DNA of 64,000 nt from Paragordius varius. Taxonomy: Eukaryota; Animalia; Nematomorpha. The position numbers and the translations under genes are program-made. Location of the stretch: NCBI GenBank assembly GCA_964247055.1, contig OZ176055.1:8866001-8930000 (forward strand), written 5' to 3'. The notes beneath the pieces are model-generated. The model saw only the letters and a list, made by a program, of their open reading frames with translations. It did not search any database and was not told where the DNA came from. Of this stretch, positions 41,890 through 55,511 are shown piece after piece (positions within the stretch are counted from its first letter, which is position 1; each line of letters opens with the position of its first letter).

Positions 41890-44800
41890 TTAGCATGATT
41901 TAAAATCCTTCGAAGATGACTTGACCAAGCTATCATAAAGGATATCAAAATGTTCATATATTACAACAGGAATGGTTTTTGGTATATTCCGTGTAACATT
42001 GTGGTTTGCAAAGAGCAGCATATCAAACCCATCTATTTGTTCAAATTGTAAAAAGAAAGCATATATATAAAATAGTCGATTTAAATAGAAAGATTTTTTA
42101 TTTGCATTGGAAATATGGTGGCCGCCTGTCCCTTATAAAAATCTTAATTAAAGTGTAATTGTTTTCTGTTTTTAGTAAGGTCTCATATTTATCAGAAAAA
42201 ACAGCTAAAAATGTATGCATTTTGCCTGTCGCTTTTTCTAGCTAAAAGGCAATTATCCGTTTGTCTCCCGGTCTCCAGTTCCAAGTCAGTTTTTCTCTGT
42301 TCCGGATAAAGTGGTCATCGAAGTCTAATGTTTTTGTCCCTTTTCCTTTATAGTTTTAAAGTCAAGTTAATATTTCGATGCCATCATCGGCTTTTTTGAA
42401 AACTGTTTTTTGTTAAAATTTGTGCGAAATCTTTACTAACCTTTTCCAATTTTTCAATCAGCATTATATTCCTAAATTTTCGGCAATAAACCCCTAATTA
42501 AAACCACTCGTATTTTTATGGTTTTTTAATCTATATATTTATAAAAATGGAAAATGCTGGCTTTGTGATCTGGTACAGGAAAACCGGTAGACCCATTCAA
42601 ATCCAAACTTCGAAAAAATATAATCATTAATAAATGCCCCGACAATAGCTTCGCCCTTTTTTTAAAATAGGCCACCAGTTCGGGCCCACCCCGTGTGAAA
42701 AACGGTTTTTTTTTGAAAACAGAAGTCCACAAAAATCGTGTCTTTGAGACAATTTTCCTGAGAACGTGTTGGACCATTTAATTTCAAATATGATTTTTGT
42801 TTACTTATTTTCGATTGCGCCGAACATAGTCGTCTCGCTTTTTTTAATTTAGGCCCTTCCCGCCCCCCCGTAAAATGCCATTTTTTTCAAAAAACAAAGC
42901 CCACAAAAACAATTTTTTGATTCTATTTTTCGACCAAGGTATGAGAACGTAAAAATTCAATAATTCCACGTATTCCCTGTAAAAGGCAAAAATTTTAGTT
43001 GAGCATTTCTTTGATGATGGCTGCTGAGTAAGGAGCTACCCGCGAAAAAATGACCCGTCATATCTAAATCGCGTTCTTCTGGGTCTAAATTTCAGAAATA
43101 TCAGGCCATATGCGTTCAATAGCTGCTTAAAGTATTACCCGTAAAAAGTCAAAAATTTTAGAGCGAATTTTTTGAATTAGCCGTTAAATATGCCCTTTAG
43201 GCCCTAAAAATGCGCTATCATTGAACTAATATTTAGTTTTGAAGCCATTCTTCCATAAACTATTAGGAATGAACGATGATTTCAGGTAAAAGGCAAAATT
43301 TTTTATCTAACTACATTTTTATATTGACCTCTGGGTAGGGAGCTACCCGCCTACAACTGCGCCATCATATCGATACAGCATGCCTTTGGAGCCAAATTTC
43401 AGAAAACTTATGAGACTATGTGAATCATTCTAAAACTTAGTGCCGCATAACATTGCTTATAAAATAAAAAATCCCCCCCCCCCCAGAAGTCCGAAGGACT
43501 TCCTCGGGCTGCGTAGCAGCACAAGATTTACGCTAGTTAGATATAAAACAAATTCAAGAAATAATTATTAAATATTAATTTTTTAATTTTCACAATATAT
43601 TTGAATCGATAATACCATTTTGTATTGTCTCAGGTATAATATCTGCAGCGCGATCAGTAAAATGCAAAATGGTTATTTTGGGATTCGCATCAAACCTCTT
43701 TATTTCATCCAAAACTAACGACGTGAGATTGGTGACATCATCTTGTTGTTTTATACCTAAAATAAATAAAAATAAAATAAGTACTAATCAAATACTTCTA
43801 TATATTTTAATTTTAAGTTTAAGCATACAATGAAAAAACTATAAATAATAAAAATTATAAAAAAACTATTCCTTTAAATTAAGAATTACGGTAATATAAT
43901 GCGGTATAATCAAAAATGCGTGCAAAGGCGTAACATTTAAGTCAGTTTATTAAAATTTTGGATCTGTTAATGTTTTCTAAACAAAAAATTACGCCCAAAA
44001 AATTATACGGGCGGATCAAAGAGGTTTGTATGTGTAGTGTCCCTGACGATATGGATTTTGAATTTTATTAACATTTAGACCAGGGGTGACCTACATAAAT
44101 GGCATTGCTAATCGGGTATTTTTGACTTAAAAAATCTAGCGGGCGCATTTGAGATATATGGGTTCATATATTAATAAGTTTCAAGCGTAAGACTGAAAAA
44201 TTCAAACACAATTTAATTTTTACTAGTTTTTGCCAATTAGGTAGACTTAATCAGAAACACTGTTGGAAAAGTATCAATTATACCAAAATTTTTAATGCAA
44301 TTATAATTCAGCTAAAATTAAATGAATTTATAGGGGTGAATTTTCGATTACTACAGTAATCTTTGTCAAACGTAACAAATAAAATTAAAATTTTAAGCAT
44401 AGTTTTGTGAATTATGATTTTCAACTTTTTCGCGGGCCGCACATAAAGTATTCTAGGATAGCATGCTGGTCACCCCTGGTTCGGACTTTTTTACTTATTT
44501 ATTATATAAAAATAGTTTATATTATTCGTATCTTAACACCTAAAGTTAGCAGGTTAATGTACTGATGACTGTTACCATTTATATAAATAACTAGTCAAAA
44601 TTTTTAAACATATATTTTTTAGGTGATTTATATTAAAAGGTAATCAATTATTTTATTGTTAAAACAATGGTGAGAACGCAAATTTTAAAAACATTTTTTG
44701 CATAAAAGAGTTATAAATTAAAAGAAATTTGATTTGTTAATGTCAATTTTATTAGTAACAGCATTTACATTGTAATATCAAAATGAATGCAATCATGTGA

Positions 44801-47800
44801 TGTCTGTTATTATGCTAAAACTGTACAGTAAAGTTTGAAACTATACGGACAAAACGTAAAAATATAAAGACAATTTTTTTTTCAAAAGACAACCATACTT
44901 TTTTAATCCTTAATTTATTCTATAAAAAACATTTATGCAATCGTTAAATTCATAATTGATTGTTTTATCAATTTTTTCTATATCACAGTGTGCAACAAAT
45001 TTACTCAAGATATCATACCTAGCTTAATATAACCCTTGTGTCATATACATCTCAAAAATATAAGGATACAAAAAATTGTCTATGTAGAAAATTTTTTTTT
45101 AACTTTTTCCATATATGGATATATTCGGAAAAAATCAATTTATTTGCATAATACTTGATCAAAAATTATAAAACTTATATATAATATAAATAATATTAAA
45201 TAAATATTATTTGCATATTTTGGCTCAATATGAATGGATAGATTTAAAATAAACGTCAATTTATTAAATCCAACTAAATTTAGCCCTTTATATTAGTAAC
45301 ATAAAAAATACTTGATGAAAATCAATATAATATGCGCCAAAGTTTAACTTTATATGTTAATATAAATATTACTTATATATAATAAAAATTAGGTTTTAAC
45401 TAAGTTAAAAATTTTTGAAATTTTTTATTTTACTAAAATAAAATTAAATTTTTTTAATATCAACTGTAATATAATCATGTCTGGTGATTATAAATATAAC
45501 CATATGGATTTTTTTACCTGGATTTTTGAATTGTAGATGATATTGACTGTTGCTTTACCCTGATATGATGGTATATTTTATAATAATTATAGATAAATAT
45601 ATTTGGAATTTAGATATAACATTGAAAAACCAATGTAATCCATTGTGAAAATCATATTTTAAAGACAAACTTGCTAATCACAAGCAAACATCCACCAGAA
45701 AATTATATTTTGATACATTATGTTCATTGTGTAATAAATTAATATATTTAATTTTTTTAATATAAAATTGTTTACTTGGTTTTGAACGAATGTGGGCAAG
45801 GTCCATCCAAAGATTTCTATTAGTTTTACTGTTGAGTTCTGCCAAAGAATTGGTTTCTCTTAAATTACCCATTCTAATTTAAATAAAACTCCTCCATAGA
45901 TTGCTATTTTTTGTTAGGTTGAGTTATGCCAGTATTCAGGCACATAATTATTTTAGGTTCATTTAGAAATGTAAAATTTAAAAAAATCTTCTGAATACGG
46001 CCAGTTTTTTCTTGAATGATTTTTTAAAAAACGGTTTATGGCAAAAGAAAGTGTTAACGAAGTATACATCAATTTTACCAAAACTTGGGCTCTAAAAGCT
46101 TATTTATGGCCCTGAATTATCAATTAAATTTTATGTCATACTTATTTTTAATATAAATGTCTGCAAGTTTTTATAGTTATAGTATGTTGCACGGTTCATG
46201 AGACAAGATTTTGCAGCCCTTTTAATTTTTTTGTTGAGTACCATTTCTTTAAATTCTTATATTTAAATCTATCAAAAGGTGTTGATAATCATTTTATAAA
46301 CTATTTTAATCGGGCATTTCATGTTATTAATATTTTGGCAAAATTCTCAATATCAAGATCTTTTTCAACGAGTTGAATTTCATATACCCTAAGTAGGATA
46401 GGTTGTTTGCGATGGCTTAAGAAGCGCATGATCAGAAATCAATTCTTTGGCAGAACTCAACATTAAAACTAAAAATGGAAATCTTTGGAGGAGTTTTATT
46501 TTTGGCGACCTTGCCCACATTCGTTCAAAAACAAGTAAACAATTTTATATTAAAAAAATTAAATATATTAATTTATTACACAATGAACATAATGTATCAA
46601 AATATAATTTTCTGGTGGATGTTTGCTTGTGAGGGACTTTTTGATGTATGGCACCGGCTGACGCAACATCCTCTCCAGGCTAGAATCGAACAATGACCGT
46701 AAATCCTTAATGACCCCGATCTTTAAAACTTACCGAAAAAACTTTAAAAATTGTGGCCAACTGAGCTCTTGAAGCTGCGCTGATGAACGCGATTACCATT
46801 ATACCCCGAAAACCTCGATCACTTTTAAGCTCTTGGCAAGAGGAAACGCACCAGAGTTACTAATCCTATCCCGTTGAAAACCAACGCAAAACTTCCCTGC
46901 TATATGACGATGACATCGGAACCGCTGATATTTGAGGGCTGATTACCAATATTCAACTTTTATTGGAACCGGATACTTTGCTCCAGATTGAATGATACTA
47001 TTGCGAAGTCGGTATTATTTTAAGGTTAATTCCCACTGCTGGATAAGGTATGAATTTTATTTTACAACGCTCTGTTAATGTCAGTTAATATTGATGTAAT
47101 TAAGGTATAAATTTTTATTTTAAAACGCTTTGTTAATGTCAGTATTGATGTAATTAAGGTATAAATTTTTATTTCACAACGCTCTGTTAATGTCAGTTAG
47201 TATTCATGTAATTAAGGTATACATTTTTATTTTACAACGCTTTGTTGATGTCAGTATTGATGTAATTAAGGTATAAATTTTTATTTTACAACGCTCTGTT
47301 TGTCAGTTAGTATTCATGTAATTAAGGTATAAATTTTTATTTTACAACGCTCTGTTAAAGTCAGTTAGTATTGATGTAATATTTAAAACAAAATCTGTTA
47401 ATGGTAAACACCTATACAGTTAGTTAAGAATATAGACTGCTTCCCACAGATATTCCACGAACAAAATGTACCACTGAATGTATAAAGCATGCAAGACGCG
47501 ACTCTGAGTAGACTATTAGCCAATTATTGTGGGACGACGTCCTGGAAGCAATGTTGGAGCCGCTGATATTTGAGCAGGGCTGGTTACCAATCTCCGACAT
47601 TTTGTTGGTCGGAGTTGAGACTTACCTCAAAGCAAGGTCAACGACCACTTATCCCGGGTTAGCGTCCCAGTTGAAGGTACAACTGAAACATGGTCGCACG
47701 AAGGGGTAACGTTGACGCTTGTAATGTCTAAGATCTCCAAAATTGGTCTACCTTAAAGGCCACACTCATTTAGAAGCAAAAGAAGACCCCCTTCCACACC

Positions 47801-49305
47801 AAAGATAAGAGCTTAATTAACTCTACATTTGATCCAATATAGACCTTTGACATTACTTTATGGAGTAATCAAACCCTGTTTGTACGGTTATTTAAACTCA
47901 AATATTGCTTTTATTTACCTAACAAGGCGATATTAACATTTCTTTTAAAAATATATGTATATATATAGCTTATTAACAATACTAACTCCCATTAACACAT
48001 CTAACATGAAGGCTTTTATTTATGTATGTAGATACTAACGTCAACCCCAACCTCCGATGTGTTTCCCCGCTCTGAAGCTCAATGCATTACGGGTGGGTAG
48101 GGATTGCCTTGACGGCAGGTGGCCGACGATCTTCCGACGCTACACCCTTTACTTGTTTACTTGTTTGCTTGTGATTAGCAAGTTTGTCTTTAAAATATGA
48201 TTTTCACAATGGATTACATTGGTTTTTCAATGTTATATCTAAATTCCAAATATATTTATCTATAATTATTATAAAATATACCATCATATCAGGGTAAAGC
48301 AACAGTCAATATCATCTACAATTCAAAAATCCAGGTAAAAAAATCCATATGGTTATATTTATAATCACCAGACATGATTTTATTACAGTTGATATTAAAA
48401 AAATTTAATTTTATTTTAGTAAAATAAAAAACTTCAAAAATTTTTAACTTAGTTAAAACCTAATTTTTATTATATATAAGTAATATTTATATTAACATAT
48501 AAAGTTAAACTTAAATTTTGGCGCATATTATATTGATTTTCATCAAGTATTTTTTATGTTACTAATATAAAGGGCTAAATTTAGTTGGATTTAATAAATT
48601 GACGTTTATTTTAAATCTATCCATTCATATTGAGCCAAAATTTGCAAATAATATTTATTTAATATTATTTATATTATATATAAGTTTTATAATTTTTGAT
48701 CAAGTATTATGCAAATTGATTTTTTCCGAATATATCCATATATGGAAAAAGTTAAAAAAAAATTTTCTACATTGACAATTTTTTTTATCCTTATATTTTT
48801 AGGATGTCTATGTCACAACCGTCATATTAAGCTTAATATGATATCCTGAGAAAATAAATACCCCCAATTTTGCACACTGTGTATTACACTTTGTAGATTA
48901 ATAGAATGATTTATATTTAAAAAAATCAAGATATTAAAAGTATGGTTGTCTTTTAGAAAAAAATAATTGTCTCTATATTTTAACGTTTTGTCCGTATATT
49001 TTTCATTTTTTACTGTATAAAACCCAACCCTAGACATATTTTATATAAAAACATATATCTGATATTAAAACATTTAATGTATACCTGCAAGACTAACATT
49101 ACAAAATTTGTTTTTAAAATTGGCGAATGTGGGATAGGTCGTCATTTTCAAAACAGTTTTATCCTTTGGATTTGGAAAGATATCATTGATAATTAACCCA
49201 ATGTTGATTGGTTTTTTCATGCTTTGTTTAAACATTAGGAAAACTATAAGCTTTAATCAAAAAAGTGTTAAATTAAAAAAGTAGCAAGTTAATTTTTTTG
49301 GATTA

Positions 49306-49342
<37 letters not shown>

Positions 49343-49616
49343 CTCAATTAAATCAAAAGCCGCTTCCTGATTTGTGGGAAATTTTTCATTAACCGGATTT
49401 ACATCCAAAACAAACAGAACTGATGCGTTTTTAAGCGTAATATTCTGAATATATTTTTCCACATTAAATAGGGCTGCTAAAATTGTATTTTATCATCTTT
49501 TTTTTACTTTTGGGATTTGAGCTTATATTTTTGGCATGCGATTGGGTTTGTATTGAAACATTCACGAAATAGCAGAGGGTCACTATAAAGATGCAAATAC
49601 TAAGGTTGACTTCCAT
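41890..49616 (-). CDS. Secreted 230-aa protein with a divergent VWA-like fold. Exons 49616-49508, 49476-49343, 49250-49085, 43756-43616, 42032-41890
   Basis: Signal peptide MEVNLSICIFIVTLCYFVNVS; VLFVLD, INIGLIIN and TNLTSLVL...KITILHFTD resemble VWA beta-strand motifs. Five exons join in frame (693 nt) via GT-AG introns. The fold assignment is inference. Confidence 0.65.
42530..43536 (+). mobile_element. Non-autonomous Helitron (1007 bp) in the last intron of the VWA-like gene
   Basis: Begins A|TCTATATATTTATAAAAATG, ends CTAG|T, GC hairpin GCTGC-GTA-GCAGC 12 nt before CTAG, second hairpin GAAGTCC-GAA-GGACTTC, no TSD. Confidence 0.85.
44081..44478. mobile_element. hAT-type MITE
   Basis: TIR CAGGGGTGACC/GGTCACCCCTG; degenerate 8-bp flanks ATTTAGAC/GTTCGGAC. 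Confidence 0.7.
46633..48161 (+). mobile_element. 1.5-kb insertion with retroposon hallmarks (non-LTR/SINE-like)
   Basis: 13-bp TSD TGTTTGCTTGTGA, short TACTTGTT tandem tail at the right end, GC-richer body, no intact ORF. Class inferred. Confidence 0.6.
47040..47390. repeat. Minisatellite of about 58-62 nt units, 5-6 copies
   Basis: Unit AAGGTATAAATTTTTATTTTACAACGCTCTGTTAATGTCAGTTAGTATTGATGTAATT. Confidence 0.9.
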
Positions 49617-50499
49617 TAATCCGAATTATAAAAAACTTAAATAACCAAAAAAGTAGTTTTACAAAATAAAGGCAAAATCTATTACTTAGGAATAAAAGGA
49701 GCCAGATGGCAGACACGTTTATTTTTCTCCTAAAATATGCGATTGTAATTAACTTTTTTAGTATTTTTTGTTTTTATGGATTTAACCAAATAGGGTAGGT
49801 ATCTTTAGATATAAACGGAAAATTACGTTTTTAATATAAGCTCGTTTGCTTAAAGTAACATAAAAATTATTCTAAATAAAGTAATATGACATTTAAGTTT
49901 TTGCGAAATCAAGAACATTAGAAAAGGCATCAAAACACATTTATCCGGAACCACGGTCAAATAAATTTGTTTGAATTCATAAAAAATTAAGCTCTTTGTA
50001 TCGGTCAAAAATGATCGTCGGTTTAATAAAAATGTAATTTATAATTGTATATGAAAAATATATCGATATTTATGACATTTAACTGTTTTCTATGAAATAT
50101 ATTAAATATTTTGAATAACACTGTGTAATTATGTCGCCAACTTTCAGTAAGTACAAATCATCTCGCGCATTATTAGAATATTAAAAATTTCCATTAACTT
50201 AAATATAAAAAATGGTTAATTGATTATATCCAACTTTTCATTGTACCGATGCGAAATATCTTTCTTATATGCTATTTAATGTATTCGACTTAAAGGACCG
50301 AATAAATCTTTGGATCGCTAAATATTTTATTATAACGGTAAAATGCATTGATATATAAAATGGTCTTAATTTAAGCACCTAATGTATTTAGCACAAAATT
50401 TGGGCTAAATTTGAAGGATAGCTACTAACTACTATATATTTCTCCTTAACACCATCAACTTAGAGGTGTCAGAATAATTGACACGAAGAAAATCCAAAC

Positions 50500-50900
50500 T
50501 CTACGGACAATAGCTTTTTGCAAAGGTTACAAAAACTTGAAAAAATTTGGCATAAATTAGGGGTGTTGTTCTATAAATATATTTGGCATAAACCATATCA
50601 GTTTACAAAATAATATGTAACAACAAATTTTTATTTCAATTTTTTGATTTTACTTACAACATTGTCCGCAATGGCAAAATATGGATAGTGCCAACTGCTT
50701 TTGGTAATTAAGTTCGAACCCAAATATATACAAACAAGGGCGTATTTGGAGTTGTGAATCCATAAAAATGTATGATATTCCTCACTTCCGAAACTAAATG
50801 CAGAAACGGTAGTTTGCCTAAATTTTAAAACAACCGGCAGAATGGGATATGATAAGCCGCATTCCTCTACATAAGTTAAGTTTAGATTACTAATTTTATG
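50500..50900 (+). pseudogene. Highly decayed Tc1/mariner-like transposase relic (tentative)
   Basis: Fragment DSANCFW-stop-LSSNPNIYKQGRIWSCE resembles SDEAHF...VNKQN.RIWS; many stops, no TIRs found. Confidence 0.3.
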
Positions 50901-51945
50901 CCAAAATTTCATGAAAAAAACAGCAACATTAAAAATAGCGACCTTTAAAAAACTCAATCCTTGTAGCTCGACGGGTAATAACAGAAAATTCAGTTTAATA
51001 AGCATCAAAACATATTACCCGAAATACACCCATCTAAAATATTAAATATCATGGAACTAGTTTAGAAAGCAGCTTTAAGGCTATGCTGCGTTCAGTGAAT
51101 TCCTATTTTTTTTAAATATGGTTTTTTTCTGAGAAACTGATTTAAAAAAGATAAGTCTTTCGATAAAACCAATATATTTAAGTTAAATTATTCTCTAACT
51201 TTTTGGAGATAAGCATATTTCCCGGTAATTTATATATTGTAATATTCTGGCAATTTTATCTAGTTTGGACATAATGGCAATAATTAGGTAACTAAAACGC
51301 ATATTTCTTACAACTCTGCAAAACAATTCAGTTATTTTATACAAAAATAATGTCAAATTACAGTAAAAATTGAAATCATACGGACAAAACGTATTATAAA
51401 AAAATGTTTTATTAAAAAAGACAACCATACTTTTTAAATCTAAATTTATATCAAAATAAATCATTGTTAAAAATGAAAAAGTGTAAAATAGAGATATATA
51501 ATACTAACACAATCAATTCTATATTTTACAATTGTAACTAAATAGCTTATATGAGAAAAATTGTGGTTTCGAAAAGTATGGTTGTCTTTGAGTAAAAAAA
51601 TATTTGTCTTTATTTTTTCCGTTTTGTCAGTATAATTATAATTACTTAAAAAGTTTGAAGCAATAAACGTGCGTATCTACCAAAAAATATTTTATAATTT
51701 GATATATTTATAAAAATGACACATAATGAATGACATTTAATATTTTGCCTAGTTTTCAAGTATGCGATTATAATATTTTTGCAGATTCGTTGGCATTGTT
51801 TCTTAACAGAGAGAAAAAGATTTCACATATTTTTACGGATTTTAAATACAAGCCCTAAATTTTATAATTATCCACCTAAAAAAATTATATGTGGGGACTT
51901 TATTTATATTAAACCAAACACAAATGATTTATTTTATTAATACAT

Positions 51946-52147
51946 TACAGTATGAGTAGGTATTCATTGCTAGAAAGTTATTAATTATTAATGTCAAATA
52001 GTAAATACAATAAAGGGGGCGGTATTATTGGCTAATAATAAAGTAAAAAGTGAAAAATAACTATAACACAATATAACTGCCCTTTGTTGTATATACTATT
52101 TGGCAATAATTAATAACTTTCTAGCAATGTATACTTACTCATACTGT
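51946..52147. mobile_element. MITE family C (CAGTATGAGTAAGTATACATTGCTAGAAAGTTATT TIR); other copies 20097-20206 and 25001-25180 (nested in a family A copy)
   Basis: Long TIRs, TA-flanked, three copies. Confidence 0.85.
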
Positions 52148-53174
52148 ATTTTATAGAAAGTTTATTAAGATTTTTTTTGTTATGTAGAGTATTCATGTGT
52201 TGATCCTACAGTCCGGACTGATATGCAAGTTCAAAAATGAATTGATTAAATTTTTCAAACGATCACATAAAATGTACCCAAACAGAAGCCCGTTACCAAT
52301 CTTACATAGGAAATGCCATCCTATATCTCACTATAAATATTTCCCTGGAATCCTACTTTTTAATTATTATTATTAGATCGTAGCAAACAAAATTTTTTAT
52401 AGCGTCTTTGACTAGGCTAAACACGTGTAAATAAACATTTATTGACTTTATTGTAAAATATTTTTTTAAATAAATAATAATATTTTGTTAAATATTCCTT
52501 TTTTTATAGTTTTCAATAACACATGGATAGTAAATATATATATATATATATATATATTTATAAATAAAAGAATAAAATTCCCAGAAATTTACAGCATTTT
52601 ATTTGGCAATTTTTCGATCCTTACAGGTGTGTTTTGTTTTAAACGAGAGATTTTACGATTATTTTAAGTTAACGGAATTAAGGCGTTAGGTAAAATTGAT
52701 AAATTTATATTATATATATTTTTAAAAATTGTAAAATTAATTAATTTATCATTCAATGTTAAATATATTTTTTCCAATCAGAAAAATATACTTGACTTGC
52801 TTAGTTTCTTTTAATTGATTAAAATAAATTATTAAAATTTTATGTAATGTACTTATTATATTCTTACTATTTTTCGAATTTTTTTGTAAAAAAAAATAAA
52901 AATTTGATATTATAATAAACTGCAATCTTTGCAAAATTAAATAGATAAATGAAAATTAAGACTACAAAACTATCATATTTATTATGTAAAAAAATTTAAT
53001 ACTTAATATTATATATAAAAACCATGTTTTTTATAACTCAATATAAATATTAATTAATATTTATTAGTATAATAAATTGTTTAATAATTGACATTTATGT
53101 AAATAATTTGTCGCAAAAATAAAAAAAATATTTTTTCATGCATCTTTCCATAATAGTTCAAGAATAATTTTGAT

Positions 53175-55463
53175 TCAAATATCCCGTTTGATACTGGGAA
53201 AGGTTTCATAGAATGCCTAATATTAAATAAAATAATAATTTAAACGGGTAAAAATACTTTTTATGTAAAATAATTTCAAAATTCTGTTTGGCTTTAAAAT
53301 ATTGCCAAAATTATCAGTTAAATTAATATGGAAACCCTGTGAAGTTTAAAAATTATCAACTCTATCAAATTAAAACTTGTCGTAAAATATTCAAAATCCT
53401 TTCCGACATGTTTTTTACAAAAGAAATTCAGAAAATAAATAAATGTAATAAAATTTACACTTAGTGTTTTTTTTTAAATATTAAAAAATCTCATAAATAC
53501 ATTTTTAAATCGTTTCCACACTAAAATCTTTTCCTTATTAAGAGAAAAATTAGTTTTCATTTCTGATGCCTATATCCATCCCATACACAATACCACAATT
53601 TAAAATATTTGATTCACAAAATAAAAGATAAATCATAAAAACTACAGGACATATATGGTTTTGAGTTGCAAAAAAAGGAATAAAATTGTAAACTGGTAAT
53701 TATTTTAATTATATATTTCTCATAATTGTAATAAATTATGGTTTATGTAGGAAAAATATAGGTTTAATACGACTGTCTCTCTTTATATAATATTATTTGT
53801 ATTATAGATTTACATTTTGTCTATAAAATTTTGATTTTTATCCTATATATATTGATCTAACTTCCCACATTTAACCAAAATTTTTTCACAATAACAAAGT
53901 AGGTAAAATCAATTCCTTGTTTAATAGACACAAACAAAAAAATGCTATTTTCATGATTAATAAAATTAACCAAATATTAAACCATTTTATTATAACATAA
54001 AATTACTTTTGAAAAATTAATTTATATCAAGTCCAAGTTAAATAAAAATAAAGACAAAAAAGCATAGATCTCCATTAAATAAAACAAACTAAGACTTCCA
54101 AAACTCCAAAAAAACCATATAACCACAATTTAAACACCATATTATCGATAAAATAAAATGCATAATTTTAGAAAAAAAAATAATTTATAATCAAAACGAA
54201 AAACTAAACCTTAAATAAATCGATTCCCTGTTTGATAGAAACAGGCAAAAAAGTGCTATTTCCATGGTTAATAAATATAACCAGCCAAAACATAAGACTT
54301 CCAAAACTCAAAAAAAAAACATATAATCACAATTTAAACACCATATTATCGATAATATAAAATGCACAATTTTCAAAAAAAAAGTAATTTATAATCAAAA
54401 CGAAAAACTACAAACCTTAAATAAATCGATTCCCTGTTTGACGGAAACTGCTGCACACATTTCCCTTATGCTATGCATTGAAAGTTGAGGCCCTCCAATA
54501 TCTACAGTAGCCATCGGCAATATAGAAGCCAAAATTGGCCCAATAGTTGTCCCACAACCCATATCGTTTCTCACTACAAATTCCTGGGAGGAAAGAAATA
54601 AAAATGTTAAAAGAAAGGAATTTTATATTAAATTTAAGAGGTAAAAAATTGAGTTTTACATTAAATTTTGTTTTGTTTTCTAAAAGATGATCTGGGAAAA
54701 TAAAGGTTTGGAATATAAAAAGATTTATATGATAAAAGCTGAATTCTAAGGGAAAATATCAAATACATATATATATTTAATCGATTCCCTTGAACAATTC
54801 AAATTCACCCTTGAATAAATTTAAATTACCCTAAAAATAATTCATGTGTTTTCGAGCTAATATAACTCATCATTAATATAATATTTTTTTATGGCAGAAC
54901 CTATTATTTTTTCAGTATAATGTTACTTTTAATTGAATTTTTATACTACAAATATTAAAAAATAGATTATTAATATTCAAAATCACATAATTCAGGATGA
55001 ATTTGAATTGTACAAGGGTAAGCTTGAGCTGTAAATGGTATATAAATAAATATTTCAAAAATTTTAATTTATATATCAATCAAAAAACTTAAATTACCAA
55101 TTTTCATAACTTATTCAACAAAAAGCTCAAATTTTTAACCTGAATTGGTATATTATTTTGCGCGGCGATTTGTTTAATGACCGAAGCAGTGTTGGCATTT
55201 GTAGCATAACGTTGATTAGCATTATGTTTTATGACGAAACCACCATCAAGCTTAACTTTATGATTTTCTTCATGTTTATCTCTAATGCCAAAATAAATAT
55301 TGGATGGACATTTTAACAAATTTCATTTAATTTTCGTTTTTTAATTTCAGAGTAATCACAAGAAAATTATGCTGAAAATAGAGACGTTTCCTACTCTATC
55401 ATAAAATAGAGCTCCAGATAAGATTTTTTTTGCAAAAAGATAACAAAATTACAGTATTAAAAA

Positions 55464-55511
<48 letters not shown>

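Larger units (their letters stand above)
44984..48881. mobile_element. Foldback-type element with arms of about 880 bp, inserted in a family A MITE (halves 44826-44983 and 48882-49015)
   Basis: 44984-45860 is the reverse complement of 46435-46632 joined to 48162-48881; ends CACAGTGTGCAA/TTGCACACTGTG at a TA-like site. Confidence 0.88.

Noticed and set aside
44549-44816. Two possible extra minus-strand exons in the VWA-like intron 3
   Set aside because: Not needed; exon 3 joins exon 4 in phase and gives better VWA-like spacing.
46785-46835. CTGATGA...CGAAA, hammerhead-ribozyme-like core
   Set aside because: Stem II cannot close (A opposite C) and stems I and III do not pair convincingly; could be a decayed relic but not supportable without a covariance search.
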